Made by a program: the position numbers and the translations under genes. The notes under the pieces were generated by a model that saw only the letters and a program-made list of their open reading frames with translations, was not told where the DNA came from and searched no databases. A stretch of DNA of 64,000 nucleotides from NCBI GenBank assembly GCA_963833225.1, contig CAWHXD010000019.1, positions 1 to 64,000 of the forward strand, given 5' to 3'. The stretch comes from an uncultured Chloroflexia bacterium. GTDB taxonomy: Bacteria > Chloroflexota > Limnocylindria > Limnocylindrales > CSP1-4. Shown one piece after another: positions 19,493-30,750 of this stretch. Position 1 is the stretch's first letter, and each line of letters starts with the position of its first letter.

Positions 19493-20905
19493 TCAGCCGC
19501 CGCCGGGACCGCCCAGGCCGGGCTCGGTCATCTTGGCCGGGTCGAGCAGCTCGTCGAGCTTCTCGGGGGCCATGCCCCGCTCCAGCGCGAGGTCGCGGAT
19601 CGTCCGCCCGGTCTTGAAGCCCTCCTTGGCCATCGCCGCGGCCGCGTCATAGCCGATCTCGGGGGCCAGCGCCGTCGCCAGCATCAGCCCCTGCTGCACC
19701 AGCTGCGGGCCGCGATCGGTCGCCCTGAGCCCCTCGACGAGCCGCTCCCGGAAGTTGCGTGCCGACGCCGCCAGCAGCGAGACCGATTCGAGCAGCGCCT
19801 GGGAGGTCACCGGCAGCATCACGTTGAGCTCGAGGAACGAACCCGTCTGGCCGAACGCGACCGTCGCGTCGTTGCCGACGACGCGGGCAACGACCATCGT
19901 GAGGCTCTCGACGATCACGGGGTTCACCTTGCCCGGCATGATCGAGGAGCCGGGCTGGGTCTCCGGCAGCGCCAGCTCAGCGAGGCCGGCGCGCGGCCCC
20001 ATGCCCATGAACCGGATGTCGGACGCGATCTTCCACAGGCCCAGCGCGATCGCCCGCAGGCCGCCATGGGCCGCGATCACGGCGTCGAGCGTCGCCTGCG
20101 CGTGGAAGTGGTTGGGGGCCTCCCGCACGAGCAGGCCGGTCAGCTCCGAGAGGTGCCCGCAGGCGCGCGCCGCGTACTCCGGGTGCGCGTTGATCCCCGT
20201 GCCGACCGCCGTCCCGCCCAACGGCACCACGAGCAGCTCGTCGCGCGCTGCCTGCGCGCGACGGATCGCCTCCTCGACCTGGCCCGCATAGCCCGCAAAC
20301 TCCTGGCCCAGCCGGATCGGCGTCGCGTCCTGGAGGTGGGTGCGCCCGGTCTTGACGACATCCCAGAACTCGCTCGACTTGGCGGCGAGGGCGCGCTGGA
20401 GGTCGATGAGCGCCGGGATCAGCTCCTCCTCGATGGCGACCGCCCCCGAAAGCTGGAGCGCCGTGGGGACGGTGTCGTTCGAGCTCTGGCACTTGTTGAC
20501 GTCGTCGTTGGGATGGATCTTGGCCCCGCCGAGGCGCACCGAGGCAAGGTGGCTGATCACCTCGTTCATGTTGGTGTTGGTCGAGGTGCCCGACCCCGTC
20601 TGGTAGATGTCGATCGGGAAATGCTCGTCGTAGCCGCCGGCGGCGACGTCCCGCGCAGCCGCGGCGATCGCCTGCGCCCTGGGGGCGTCGAGCAGGCCGA
20701 GCGCCTGGTTCGTCTCCGCGGCGGCCAGCTTGACCAGGGCGAGGGCTCGCAGGAACCGGCGCGGCATGCGCTGGCCGCTGATCGGGAAGTTGAGGACGGC
20801 ACGCTGGGTGGAGGCGCCGTAGAGGGCGTCCGCGGGGACCTCCATCTCACCCATGGAGTCGCGTTCGATGCGGGTGGCGGCGGGGGGAGTCGTCTCGGTG
20901 CTCAT
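19493..20905 (-). CDS. fumC: Class II fumarate hydratase
   Basis: RIERDSMG, YQTGSGTSTNTN, GRTHLQDATP, GSSIMPGKVNP. Confidence 0.92.
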   Translation of the reverse strand: MSTETTPPAATRIERDSMGEMEVPADALYGASTQRAVLNFPISGQRMPRRFLRALALVKLAAAETNQALGLLDAPRAQAIAAAARDVAAGGYDEHFPIDIYQTGSGTSTNTNMNEVISHLASVRLGGAKIHPNDDVNKCQSSNDTVPTALQLSGAVAIEEELIPALIDLQRALAAKSSEFWDVVKTGRTHLQDATPIRLGQEFAGYAGQVEEAIRRAQAARDELLVVPLGGTAVGTGINAHPEYAARACGHLSELTGLLVREAPNHFHAQATLDAVIAAHGGLRAIALGLWKIASDIRFMGMGPRAGLAELALPETQPGSSIMPGKVNPVIVESLTMVVARVVGNDATVAFGQTGSFLELNVMLPVTSQALLESVSLLAASARNFRERLVEGLRATDRGPQLVQQGLMLATALAPEIGYDAAAAMAKEGFKTGRTIRDLALERGMAPEKLDELLDPAKMTEPGLGGPGGG

Positions 20906-21066
20906 GGCCGCGATGGTAGTCCCACGTGCGGGCGCGCGAAGCGGCCGGATGGCCCGGCGGGATCGGGACCGCGTGGAGCTCGCCTGCCGGTCCCTCTTCC
21001 CCGCCGGCATGCCGTAAGGGCCGGTAGCCACGGGGCTCCATCCGCCGGCCGGATATGCTCTCGGGC

Positions 21067-21603
21067 GTGAACGTCTCGACCGCCGACTTCCGGACCGTCA
21101 TGGGCCAGTTCGCCACCGGGGTCACCGTGGTGACCACCCTTGACGGCGACCGGCCGCAGGGGATCACGGTCAACGCGCTGACCTCCGTGAGCCTCGAGCC
21201 GGCCACGGTGGTGATCGCCCTCGACCGCAAGCGGTTCATCGTCCCGGCCATCGACGCCACCCGCCGCTACGCGGTCAACATCCTCGCGGAGGACCAGCAG
21301 TGGCTCAGCGACTGCTTCGCTGGCGCCAACGTGACCCCCGGCCGCGACGCGTTCTGCGGCGCGGACTGGCGGCCGGGTCCGACCGGCCTGCCCCTGATCG
21401 TGGGGGTCATTGCCTCCATGGAGTGCGACGTCGTGGACCGCTTCGAGGTGGGTGACCACTACCTGTACGTCGGGCAGGTGCATGATCTTGCCCTCGACGA
21501 GCCGACGGCCCCGCCGCTCCTGTACCACCGCAAGCGGTACCTGCGGATCGAGCGGGCGACGACGGCCCGGGTTGCCGGCAAGCCCGAGTCGCCCGAAGGC
21601 TGA
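21067..21603 (+). CDS. Flavin reductase family protein (HpaC/RutF-like)
   Basis: FRTVMGQFATGVTVVT, TSVSLEP, GDH, PLLY; GTG start 7 nt after TATGCT. Confidence 0.92.
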   Translation: MNVSTADFRTVMGQFATGVTVVTTLDGDRPQGITVNALTSVSLEPATVVIALDRKRFIVPAIDATRRYAVNILAEDQQWLSDCFAGANVTPGRDAFCGADWRPGPTGLPLIVGVIASMECDVVDRFEVGDHYLYVGQVHDLALDEPTAPPLLYHRKRYLRIERATTARVAGKPESPEG

Positions 21604-21642
21604 CGGACGGCCGAGACCCGAATGGCCCAGGGAGGCAACCCG

Positions 21643-22476
21643 ATGACCGACCGCGACACCGACGAGATGGATCAGGCGGCCGGCCCCGTCCCCCTCGTGC
21701 GAATGGAGTTCCCGGCAGGCGGGGACGCCCTCGAGCACGTCGCGCTCCTCATCCTCGACCGTCCGAGGCAGCTCAACGCCCTCTCGTTCGGCCTCGTCGC
21801 GCAGCTCGGGGAGCGGCTGGCCGCGCTCGACGAGGATCCGGGCTGCCGGGCCATCGTCATCACCGGGTCGGGCTCGAAGGCGTTCGCCGTCGGCGCCGAC
21901 ATCCGCGAGCTGGCCATGCAGACCGAGGGGTCCCTGCGGGATGCCGACCCGTTCGCGCCGCTCGACCGCATCGGCCACCTGGGCACGCCCGTGATCGCCG
22001 CGGTCCGCGGCTATGCGCTGGGTGGCGGCTGCGAGCTCGCCATGGCCTGCGACATGATCGTCGCCGGCGACGACGCCCAGCTGGGGCAGCCGGAGATCCG
22101 GATCGGGGTGATCCCGGGCGCCGGCGGCACCCAGCGGTTGACCCGCGCGATCGGCAAGGCCCGGGCGATGGAGCTGATCCTGACCGGCCGGCGGATTGAC
22201 GCCCAGGAGGCGCTCGCGATGGGGCTGGTGTCGCTCGTGGTGCCGGCGGCCGAGACCGTGGAGCGGGCGCTGGAGCTGGCGGGCCGGATCGCGGCGATGC
22301 CGCCGCTCGCGGTGCACGCCGCCAAGGCCGCCGTCGTGGCGGCCCAGGAGCGCCCGCTCGGCGAGGGTCTACGCGACGAGCGCGACCGCTTCGAGGCGCT
22401 GTTCGCGACCGAGGACCAGAAGGAGGGCATGGGTGCCTTCCTGGAGAAGCGCCCCCCGTCCTGGAAGGGACGCTAG
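21643..22476 (+). CDS. Enoyl-CoA hydratase (crotonase)
   Basis: GADI, ALGGGCELA, GQPE..IGVIPGAGGTQRL, EGMGAFLEKR. Confidence 0.94.
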   Translation: MTDRDTDEMDQAAGPVPLVRMEFPAGGDALEHVALLILDRPRQLNALSFGLVAQLGERLAALDEDPGCRAIVITGSGSKAFAVGADIRELAMQTEGSLRDADPFAPLDRIGHLGTPVIAAVRGYALGGGCELAMACDMIVAGDDAQLGQPEIRIGVIPGAGGTQRLTRAIGKARAMELILTGRRIDAQEALAMGLVSLVVPAAETVERALELAGRIAAMPPLAVHAAKAAVVAAQERPLGEGLRDERDRFEALFATEDQKEGMGAFLEKRPPSWKGR

Positions 22477-24694
22477 CCGGGCGGGAGACCAGCGCGACCC
22501 GGGCTGTCGGCCAGGGGCTGTCGGCCAGGCGCGGCCCAGACAGCCGCCGCGCCCCCCCGCCTGCCTCACCCGCCCCGCCTGCGATGCCACGAGGATCGGA
22601 CTCCGCGTCGCCGCTGCCGGCCGGGAGCCGGACCTCGAACCGGGCACCGACGGCACCGGCGCGGCACGTGATGTCCCCACCCAGGGTCCGCGCCAGGCCG
22701 CGCGCGACGCTGAGGCCGATACCGGTGCCATCGGTGCGGCTCCCAGCCCGGCCCCGCACGAAGCGCTGGAAGATCCGCCGGCGCTCGTCGGGGGCCACCC
22801 CCGGGCCCTCGTCCTCGACCGCAAGCACGACCGTCGCCTCCGGCTCCGGCCGCTCGGGGATCACCTCGACCCGGATCGTCCCGGCCGGCGCGTAGCGTGC
22901 CGCGTTGTCGAGCAGGATCCACGCGATCTGCTCCGTTGCCGCCGCGTCGGCGAACGCGACGACACCGGGTCCGCGGTCCAGCACGCTCACGCGGTCCGCG
23001 ATCCCCAGCTCCGCGGCGATCCGGCGGACGAGCGGAGGGAGCGCCACCGGCTCGCCGTCCAGCTCGAGCGTGCCTGACTCCATGCGCGACAGGATCAGCA
23101 CCTGGTTCACCAGCCGCGCCAGCCGGCGCTCCTCGAGCTTGATGGCTTCGGCGCGCTCGCGGACGAACGAGCTGCTCGCGAACTCCTCGAGGTCGGTCGC
23201 CGCCAGCTCGATGGTCGCGAGGGGTGCCCGCAGATTGTGGCTGATGCTGCGCAGGAACTCGCGCTGGAGCCGGTTCAGCCGGTCGAGCCGGGCCGCCCTG
23301 CCGGCCGCCTGTCGATATGCCTCGACCTCGTCGAGGACGCTGCCGGCCAGCAGCGCCATCACCTCGAGGGACGCCTGGTCGCCGTCCGTCCAGGCGCCTC
23401 CGCCAGGCTCGCCGATCTCCAGCAGCCGGTCGTCCCGGCCGAGGCCCATGGTCGCCGTGGCGCGGGCCGGACGCATCCCGGATCCCGCCGGATCATCTGG
23501 GCGCACAGACTCCGGGCCACCCGCCCAGCCGAGCGTGTCCCCGTCGGCGGCGACCAGCCGGCACCAGGGGACGCCGAAGATGTCCATGGCCGCCCCGGCG
23601 AGCCGGTTCGCCGCCTCACGGGGCGACGCGTTGATCGGGATGGCGGCGGTGGCCTCGAGGCAGCGGCGGAGCGTCGCCTCGCGCCGGTCCAGGGTGCGGA
23701 CGAGGCGGTCCAGGCCCGCGGACAGGCGCGCGATGTCGTCCCCGCCGCCCGTGGCCGCCGAGGGTGGCACGCGGCCGTCGGCGACGGCGATCAGGCCATC
23801 GTGGACCACGCCGAGCCGCCGACGCAGGATGACCGAGAGGAACACCGCCAGCAGGGCGGCGACGGAGCCCGTGAACGCCAGCAGGGCCAGCACGAGGAGC
23901 GGCAGGGAGCCCGCCGCGGCCTGCAGCGCCGAGACCCGGGTCGCCAGGACGAGGCGCTCGCCGCCCGCCCCCGGCCCCAGCGGGAACCGGCGGCTGATCA
24001 CGTCGCCCGTCCTGACCACCGCGTCGCTCGTGACCGTCGCGGCCACGCCCGCGTCGGTGACCGAGGCATCGGTGGTCACCGTGACCGAGCCATCCGCCCC
24101 GACGATCGCGACGGCGAACCCGGTGAACGCCGCGATGTCGGCGGCGAACCGCGCCCCAAGCGGGCGGGCGAACACGATGCGCCCGAGCTCCTTGTCCCCG
24201 GCACCCAGGATGCGGTCGTCGTCCACCAGGTAGACCTGGCCGTCGATGGTGAGCAGGCTGGGGCCGGGCACGAGCTGGCCGGTATCCCCGGCGAGGGCCG
24301 CGGTCAGGGCCGCTCCACCGGCGGTCGCCGTGCCGGTCCCGGCGACCACGACGCCGCCGGCGATCGAGCCCCGCTCCACGAGGAACTCCAGCACGTCGGT
24401 TCGGACGGCCTCCAGGTCACCGGCCTCCACCTGGGCCGCGAAGGTGGTCCACTGCGCGTAGCTGCGGACGAGGTCGTCGAGCGATTGACCGGCGCGGCTT
24501 GCCTCGGCGTTCGCTGCGTCCACGGCGCGATCCGTACGGGCGACCGCGTCGAGCGCCAGCGATTGCTCCACCCGGTCGTACACCAGGATTCCCAGCAGCG
24601 CCACGGGCAGCGTGGCCGCCAGCACCATCGCGATGGCCGCCAGCCGGTGGAAGGGCAGGGAGGCGCCGAACGGCAGCCGGCGCGCCGGGATCAT
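22473..24694 (-). CDS. Sensor histidine kinase (extracellular sensor, HAMP, GAF-like, HisKA, HATPase); 3' end uncertain
   Basis: ISHNLRAPL, LLDNA, DEGPG, GTGIGL, RFEVRLP. The frame runs to 21860 through the convergent gene, so the true stop is probably at 22473 or 22566. Confidence 0.85.
22501..22528. repeat. 14-bp tandem duplication
   Basis: GGGCTGTCGGCCAG twice in succession. Confidence 0.9.
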
Positions 24695-25395
24695 CCCGCC
24701 TCAGCCGCCGGATCGCCCAGCCGGTAGCCGCCGCCCTTCACCGAGTGGAGGAACCGCGGCCGCCCGGGGTCCGGCTCCAGCTTCTGGCGCAACCGCCGGA
24801 TGCTGACCCACACGTACGCAGGGTCGACCCCATCGGCGCCGGCCCACACCCGCGTGAGCAGCTGCTCGGTGGTGACGGTCACCCCGGGGGTCGCGGACAG
24901 CGTCGCGAGCAGGCGGGTCTCGATCGGCGTGAGGTGGATCACGGTGCCGTCCACGATCGCCTCCCGCCGCCGGAGCGCGAGAGACAGACCGTCGCTCACG
25001 GAGACCTCCTCGACGGGGATCCGGTCCTCGAGGCGCCTGAGCACCCGCTCGATCCGGGCGCGCAGCTCCGGATAGTGGAACGGCTTGGTGAGGTAGTCCT
25101 CGGCGAACTGCTGGATCGTCGTCGTCTTGGCCGAGACATCGGAGACGGCGGACAGGACGATGATCGGGAGGTCGGCTCGGCGCTTGATCTCGGCGGCGAC
25201 CCGCTCGCCACGCATGTCCGGGAGCATCAGGTCGAGCAGGATGAGGTCGGGCCATCGTCGATCGACGGCCGCCAGCGCATCCGCCCCGCGGTGGGCGACG
25301 GTGACGCTGTAGCCATCCCGCTCGAGGCGTTCCCGGAGGAACCCGACCAGGCGGACGTCATCTTCCGCGAGCAGGAGACGGGTGGGATCGGTCAT
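24691..25395 (-). CDS. OmpR/PhoB-family response regulator
   Basis: [37 protein letters not shown]. Confidence 0.93.
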   Translation of the reverse strand: MTDPTRLLLAEDDVRLVGFLRERLERDGYSVTVAHRGADALAAVDRRWPDLILLDLMLPDMRGERVAAEIKRRADLPIIVLSAVSDVSAKTTTIQQFAEDYLTKPFHYPELRARIERVLRRLEDRIPVEEVSVSDGLSLALRRREAIVDGTVIHLTPIETRLLATLSATPGVTVTTEQLLTRVWAGADGVDPAYVWVSIRRLRQKLEPDPGRPRFLHSVKGGGYRLGDPAAEAG

Positions 25396-26159
25396 GGCTC
25401 GTTCCCCAGAAGGGCGTCCGCGGCCGGCGCCGGTGACAGCTTGGGCTTCGGCGTGGGCTTGGGCGGGTGTGTCGGCTTGGGCGGGTGTGTCGGCTTGGGC
25501 GGGTGTGTCGGCTTGGGCTTTGGCGTCGGCTTGGGCGGGTGTGTCGGCTTGGGCTTTGGCGTCGGCTTGGGCTTGGGCGTGGCGTCCGGCCTCGGCGTGG
25601 GCCGGTTGCCCTGGCCGGGCGGGGTCGCAAACGGGCCACCGGGCCGGGTCGCCGGCTCCGGCGTCGCCGCGTCGGCCGCCGTGATGATCGGGGTCCCCTG
25701 CGGCACGGCGCCCGCGGTGTGTCCCGGTCCGGCTCCCGTGTCACCGGCGGCGGGATCGCCCCGGCTCTCCAGGTACCGCACGATGATCGAGGTGGGCGGG
25801 CCCGACTCGGAGACGGAGACCCAGATCGTCACGTCCGGCCGCGCGTAGGCCGTCCAGCCGTCCGTCTCGCCGAGCGACCGGAAGCCCGCGTCGCGGAGCA
25901 TGAGGTCGTAGTCGGCGCGCGCCTCGGCCGGCGCGCGCGCCGAGCGGTACTCGAGGAACGGAACGCCGTTGTCCATCGCGGGCCCCGCTGCCCCGATGGT
26001 CAGCGTCGCGGCCGTCGGAGCGGGGATCAGGTCGCGGGGGTCGCCGGGGGCCGGGTGGACACCGGCGGCGCACGCCGCGAGGACGAGCCCGAGCACGAGG
26101 GGCAGCGGGCGCAGCCGCCAGCCCATCGATCCATGCCCCGATCCCCGTTGAGCGCTCAT
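25392..26159 (-). CDS. Putative lipoprotein with C-terminal PKPTHP repeats
   Basis: [10 protein letters not shown] lipobox, small alpha/beta domain, Pro/Lys/Thr/His tail; ATGA overlap with the response regulator. Confidence 0.72.
   Translation of the reverse strand: MSAQRGSGHGSMGWRLRPLPLVLGLVLAACAAGVHPAPGDPRDLIPAPTAATLTIGAAGPAMDNGVPFLEYRSARAPAEARADYDLMLRDAGFRSLGETDGWTAYARPDVTIWVSVSESGPPTSIIVRYLESRGDPAAGDTGAGPGHTAGAVPQGTPIITAADAATPEPATRPGGPFATPPGQGNRPTPRPDATPKPKPTPKPKPTHPPKPTPKPKPTHPPKPTHPPKPTHPPKPTPKPKLSPAPAADALLGNEP
25441..25580 (-). repeat. Coding 18-bp tandem repeats (PKPTHP / PKPTPK; approximate bounds)
   Basis: TTGGGCGGGTGTGTCGGC units mixed with TTGGGCTTTGGCGTCGGC units. Confidence 0.9.
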
Positions 26160-26343
26160 GCCACCCGTCCTGCTCACCGCGGTCGACGCCGACGGCGAGG
26201 CGGGGGCTGGCGGACGGACCTGGGCGCGACGACGGGGCGGCGCCCGGGCCGGGCGCCCGAATCCGGGGGACCGCCATAGCCCCCGGGCTGGCGTTCCCGA
26301 AGCGAGTGTAGCCGAGAGGCCCCGTGCTTCTACAATCGATCGC

Positions 26344-27573
<1,230 letters not shown>

Positions 27574-27575
27574 TG

Positions 27576-27604
27576 CCCGGCGCCGGCGGCGCGCCGGGAG
27601 TTTT
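27576..27604 (+). terminator. Putative intrinsic terminator
   Basis: CCCGGCGC-N7-GCGCCGGG followed by AGTTTT just after the thiolase stop. Confidence 0.55.
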
Positions 27605-27704
27605 GTCGCGGGTGCTGGACGAAATCCGTTGCGGTGCGTAGGATCGACCCTGCTCGCGTCCCCGGGTCGGGGCGGAGCCAGCGACCCGATAGGAGACCAT
27701 CCCC

Positions 27705-28121
27705 ATGATCGACGCCCAGCCGACGGTCGACACCACGCCCACGGTCGACGTCACCCCGACGGTCGTCTCGCTCACCGATGCTGCCGCCGCGAAGCTGGCC
27801 GAGCTCACGAAGGAAGAGACCAGCGCGGACATCGGCCTGCGCGTGTACGTCTACTCCGGCGGCTGCTCGGGCTATCGCTACGGGATGATGCTCGAGGACC
27901 AGCCCACCGCCGACGACAACGTCCTCCATGCCAACGGCGTGCGCGTGTACATCGACGCGAACAGCGTGCCGCTCATCAAGGGCTCGGAGATCGACTACGT
28001 GGACACGCTGATGGGCGCCGGCTTCACCGTCAACAACCCCAACGCGGTGTCCGGCTGCGGCTGCGGATCGAGCTTCCGCACCGAGGACGAGGCCGGGTCG
28101 CCGCGCTCCTGCGCCCACTGA
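27705..28121 (+). CDS. A-type Fe-S carrier (IscA/ErpA/HesB family)
   Basis: GGCSG, IDY, NPNAVSGCGCGSSF; GGAG ribosome-binding site. Confidence 0.95.
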   Translation: MIDAQPTVDTTPTVDVTPTVVSLTDAAAAKLAELTKEETSADIGLRVYVYSGGCSGYRYGMMLEDQPTADDNVLHANGVRVYIDANSVPLIKGSEIDYVDTLMGAGFTVNNPNAVSGCGCGSSFRTEDEAGSPRSCAH

Positions 28122-28252
28122 CGGTCCCCTGAGGCCGACCGGAGAAGCGCCCGGCCCGCCGCGATCCTCCGCGATCAACCCCCGCCGTCGGGAGCTCCCG
28201 GCGGCGGTTCGCATTCGGATCCGCCGGGTGGCGTAGTCTGGCTGGAGGCCAG

Positions 28253-29080
28253 ATGCAGATCCCGCTCTTTCCGCTCCACACCGTCCTCGCCCCCGGAATC
28301 GCCCTGCCGCTCCACATCTTCGAGGAGCGCTACCAGCGGATGGTCCGGCACTGTCTCGACACGTCCTCGCCGTTCGGGGTCGTGCTGATCCGGGGCGGTA
28401 GCGAGCTGGCTCCCAGTGACGGGACGCCACGCGAGCTGTCGATCGCCGGCGTCGGTACCGCCGCCGAGATCCGCGAGGCGAGCCGCTACGCCGATGGCCG
28501 GTGGGACCTGCTGATCGTCGGCACCTCGAGGTTCCTCGTCCGCGACGTCCACACGGATGTCGCCGCCTACCTCGTCGCCGAGGTGGACCCGTTCCCCGAT
28601 GCTCCGCCGGGAGACGTCGAGGCGACCGAGACGCTCGCCGGGCGGGTGACGCGCCGCTTCGTGGACTACCTCCGGCTCCTGCAGCCTCGGGACGGCGAGT
28701 CCGCCGAACCCATCGACGTCCAGATGGAGGTCGAGACGGAGGTCGACGAGGTCGACGAGGAGGCCATCGGCGGGTCACTGGCCGATGACCAGCGGTCGGT
28801 CCCGCTCCTCGAGACCGAGCCCAGGCCCGTCCCGATCGACGACGCCGAGGCAGCCGCGTCCACGCTTCGGATCCCGGACGACCCGAGCGCCCTGTCGTTT
28901 CTCCTGACCGGGATCGTCCAGGTCGAGCCGCCCCGCCGGCAGGCGCTGCTCGAGGCCGCCGGTGCCGACGAGCGCCTGCGCGACATCGACGCCCTGCTCG
29001 ATCGCGAGCTGATGCTCCTGGGTGCACGCCTCGCGCCATTCACCGTGGACCGGGGTCACCTCGCTGGGAGCGACAACTAG
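28253..29080 (+). CDS. Stand-alone LON peptidase N-terminal domain protein
   Basis: IPLFPL..VL.PG..LPLHIFEERY, FGVV, RQALLE. Confidence 0.9.
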   Translation: MQIPLFPLHTVLAPGIALPLHIFEERYQRMVRHCLDTSSPFGVVLIRGGSELAPSDGTPRELSIAGVGTAAEIREASRYADGRWDLLIVGTSRFLVRDVHTDVAAYLVAEVDPFPDAPPGDVEATETLAGRVTRRFVDYLRLLQPRDGESAEPIDVQMEVETEVDEVDEEAIGGSLADDQRSVPLLETEPRPVPIDDAEAAASTLRIPDDPSALSFLLTGIVQVEPPRRQALLEAAGADERLRDIDALLDRELMLLGARLAPFTVDRGHLAGSDN

Positions 29081-29502
29081 ACCAGGCGGCGCCCCTCGTG
29101 CGGGGCGACGTACGGCATGCCGACCTCGACAGTCGATCCATGAGTGGCGACGAACGCCTCCAGCGTACTCCGATCCACGAGCGCGACTGTGGCTGCCGGC
29201 GCCAGCCCAGCAACGCGGACACGACCGCCACGACTGCCGCTGGTACGAACGGCCCATGGCTTCTGGCCTGACCACAGTCCTATCGTTTGCGGGCACGCTG
29301 GCTTCGCGGGCGGGTCACGTCTCGCACTCGTCGCGCCCGCCCGCCCCGGTGCAGCGCCGCAGCATTGCAAGGTTCGTGCTATGGACCATCGACGATCACG
29401 GGTGTTTCATTCGGGCCCGTCCTCCATCGGGGAGGTATCGGGCACGACCGGGGAGCCACTGCCATCATTCACTTCAGCATTCCAGCGCGGGCTGAGCGCC
29501 GC

Positions 29503-30108
29503 ATGAGTCCCATGCGACCGCCTCACGGCCGCCGATCGCGCCATCGGCATGACCCGTCGTCAGGCGGTGGTCAGGCGCTCGTCGAGTTCTCGCTGGTGAT
29601 CCCGATCTTCCTTGCCATGCTGGTCGGCCTGGTCGAGTTCGCGTTCATCTTCAACGCGGTGCTGGCCACCAACTACGCCTCCCGCGACGCCGCCCTGCTT
29701 GCAGCCGAGGGGGGCTCCGACCTGGGCACGGACTGCGCCGTGCTCCGCGCGGTGGAGGCCGACCTCGGGGCGCCCGCGGACCGGGCCCAGATCCAGCGCG
29801 TCGAGATCTTCCAGGCCACGACGGTCGGGGACCAGATCGGGGCTGCGACGGTCTACGAACGACACGGGTCGTTCAACTGCTCGCTGCCCGACGGCACGCC
29901 GGTGACGGTGCCCTACACGCTGATCGCCGACGGCTACCCCATGAGGGACCGCTGCGACCAGCTCGCCGGCTGCGGCGCCTCGACCCTCGACCACGTCGGG
30001 GTGCGGGTCACGTACCGGCACCTGTATCGAACACCGCTGGGGGCCGGCTTCGGCCCCTGGCTCGACGTCGTGAAGGCAAACTCGATGCGGATGGAGCCGG
30101 TGCTGTGA
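29503..30108 (+). CDS. TadE-like minor pilin
   Basis: [14 protein letters not shown]...ASRDAA...YRTP...MRMEP. Confidence 0.88.
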   Translation: MSPMRPPHGRRSRHRHDPSSGGGQALVEFSLVIPIFLAMLVGLVEFAFIFNAVLATNYASRDAALLAAEGGSDLGTDCAVLRAVEADLGAPADRAQIQRVEIFQATTVGDQIGAATVYERHGSFNCSLPDGTPVTVPYTLIADGYPMRDRCDQLAGCGASTLDHVGVRVTYRHLYRTPLGAGFGPWLDVVKANSMRMEPVL

Positions 30109-30746
30109 GCATCCGACGCTGGCCACGCGGCCGCACGGCGACCGCCGCCGGAACCGCCGCCGAGCCTGAGCGCGGTCAGAGCCTCGTCGAGTTCTCGATG
30201 ATCGTGCCGGTCTTCCTGCTGATCCTGCTCGGGATGCTGGAGTTCGGCCTCGCGTTTGACCACCTCCTGACCCTGAGCTACGCGACCCGCGAAGGCGCGC
30301 GCGCCGGGTCGGCCCTGGCCGACGGCGCGAAGCTCGGCGCCAACTGCAACCAGGTGGACACCTACGTCGTGTCCGCAGTCGAGCGGGTCCTGACCTCGGA
30401 CGGGTCGCCTGTTCGCGACCACCTGGGGCAGGTGTCGTCGATCCGAATCTTCAAGGCCGACGCGGCCGGCCACCAGATCGGGGGCAACGTGAATGTCTGG
30501 GTGCCGGGCGTTGGCCCCACCGTCGACGGCCGACAGCTCGATTTCGCGCCGACCGGCGGCACCGGATGGGCGAGCTGCACCCGTCACAATGCCACGTCCA
30601 ACCCCGACTCGATCGGGGTCAGCATCAGCTACACCTACCAGGCTGTCACGCCGCTGTCGGGGATCCTGCAGTTCATCGGTGGCGCCGGCACCAGCACCCT
30701 CGCCATGTCCGATCGGTCGGTCATGGCCCTGAACCCCACGGACTGA
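30105..30746 (+). CDS. TadE-like minor pilin
   Basis: [13 protein letters not shown]...ATREGAR...VTP...MALNP; GTGA overlap. Confidence 0.88.
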   Translation: MSIRRWPRGRTATAAGTAAEPERGQSLVEFSMIVPVFLLILLGMLEFGLAFDHLLTLSYATREGARAGSALADGAKLGANCNQVDTYVVSAVERVLTSDGSPVRDHLGQVSSIRIFKADAAGHQIGGNVNVWVPGVGPTVDGRQLDFAPTGGTGWASCTRHNATSNPDSIGVSISYTYQAVTPLSGILQFIGGAGTSTLAMSDRSVMALNPTD

Positions 30747-30750
30747 CGCC

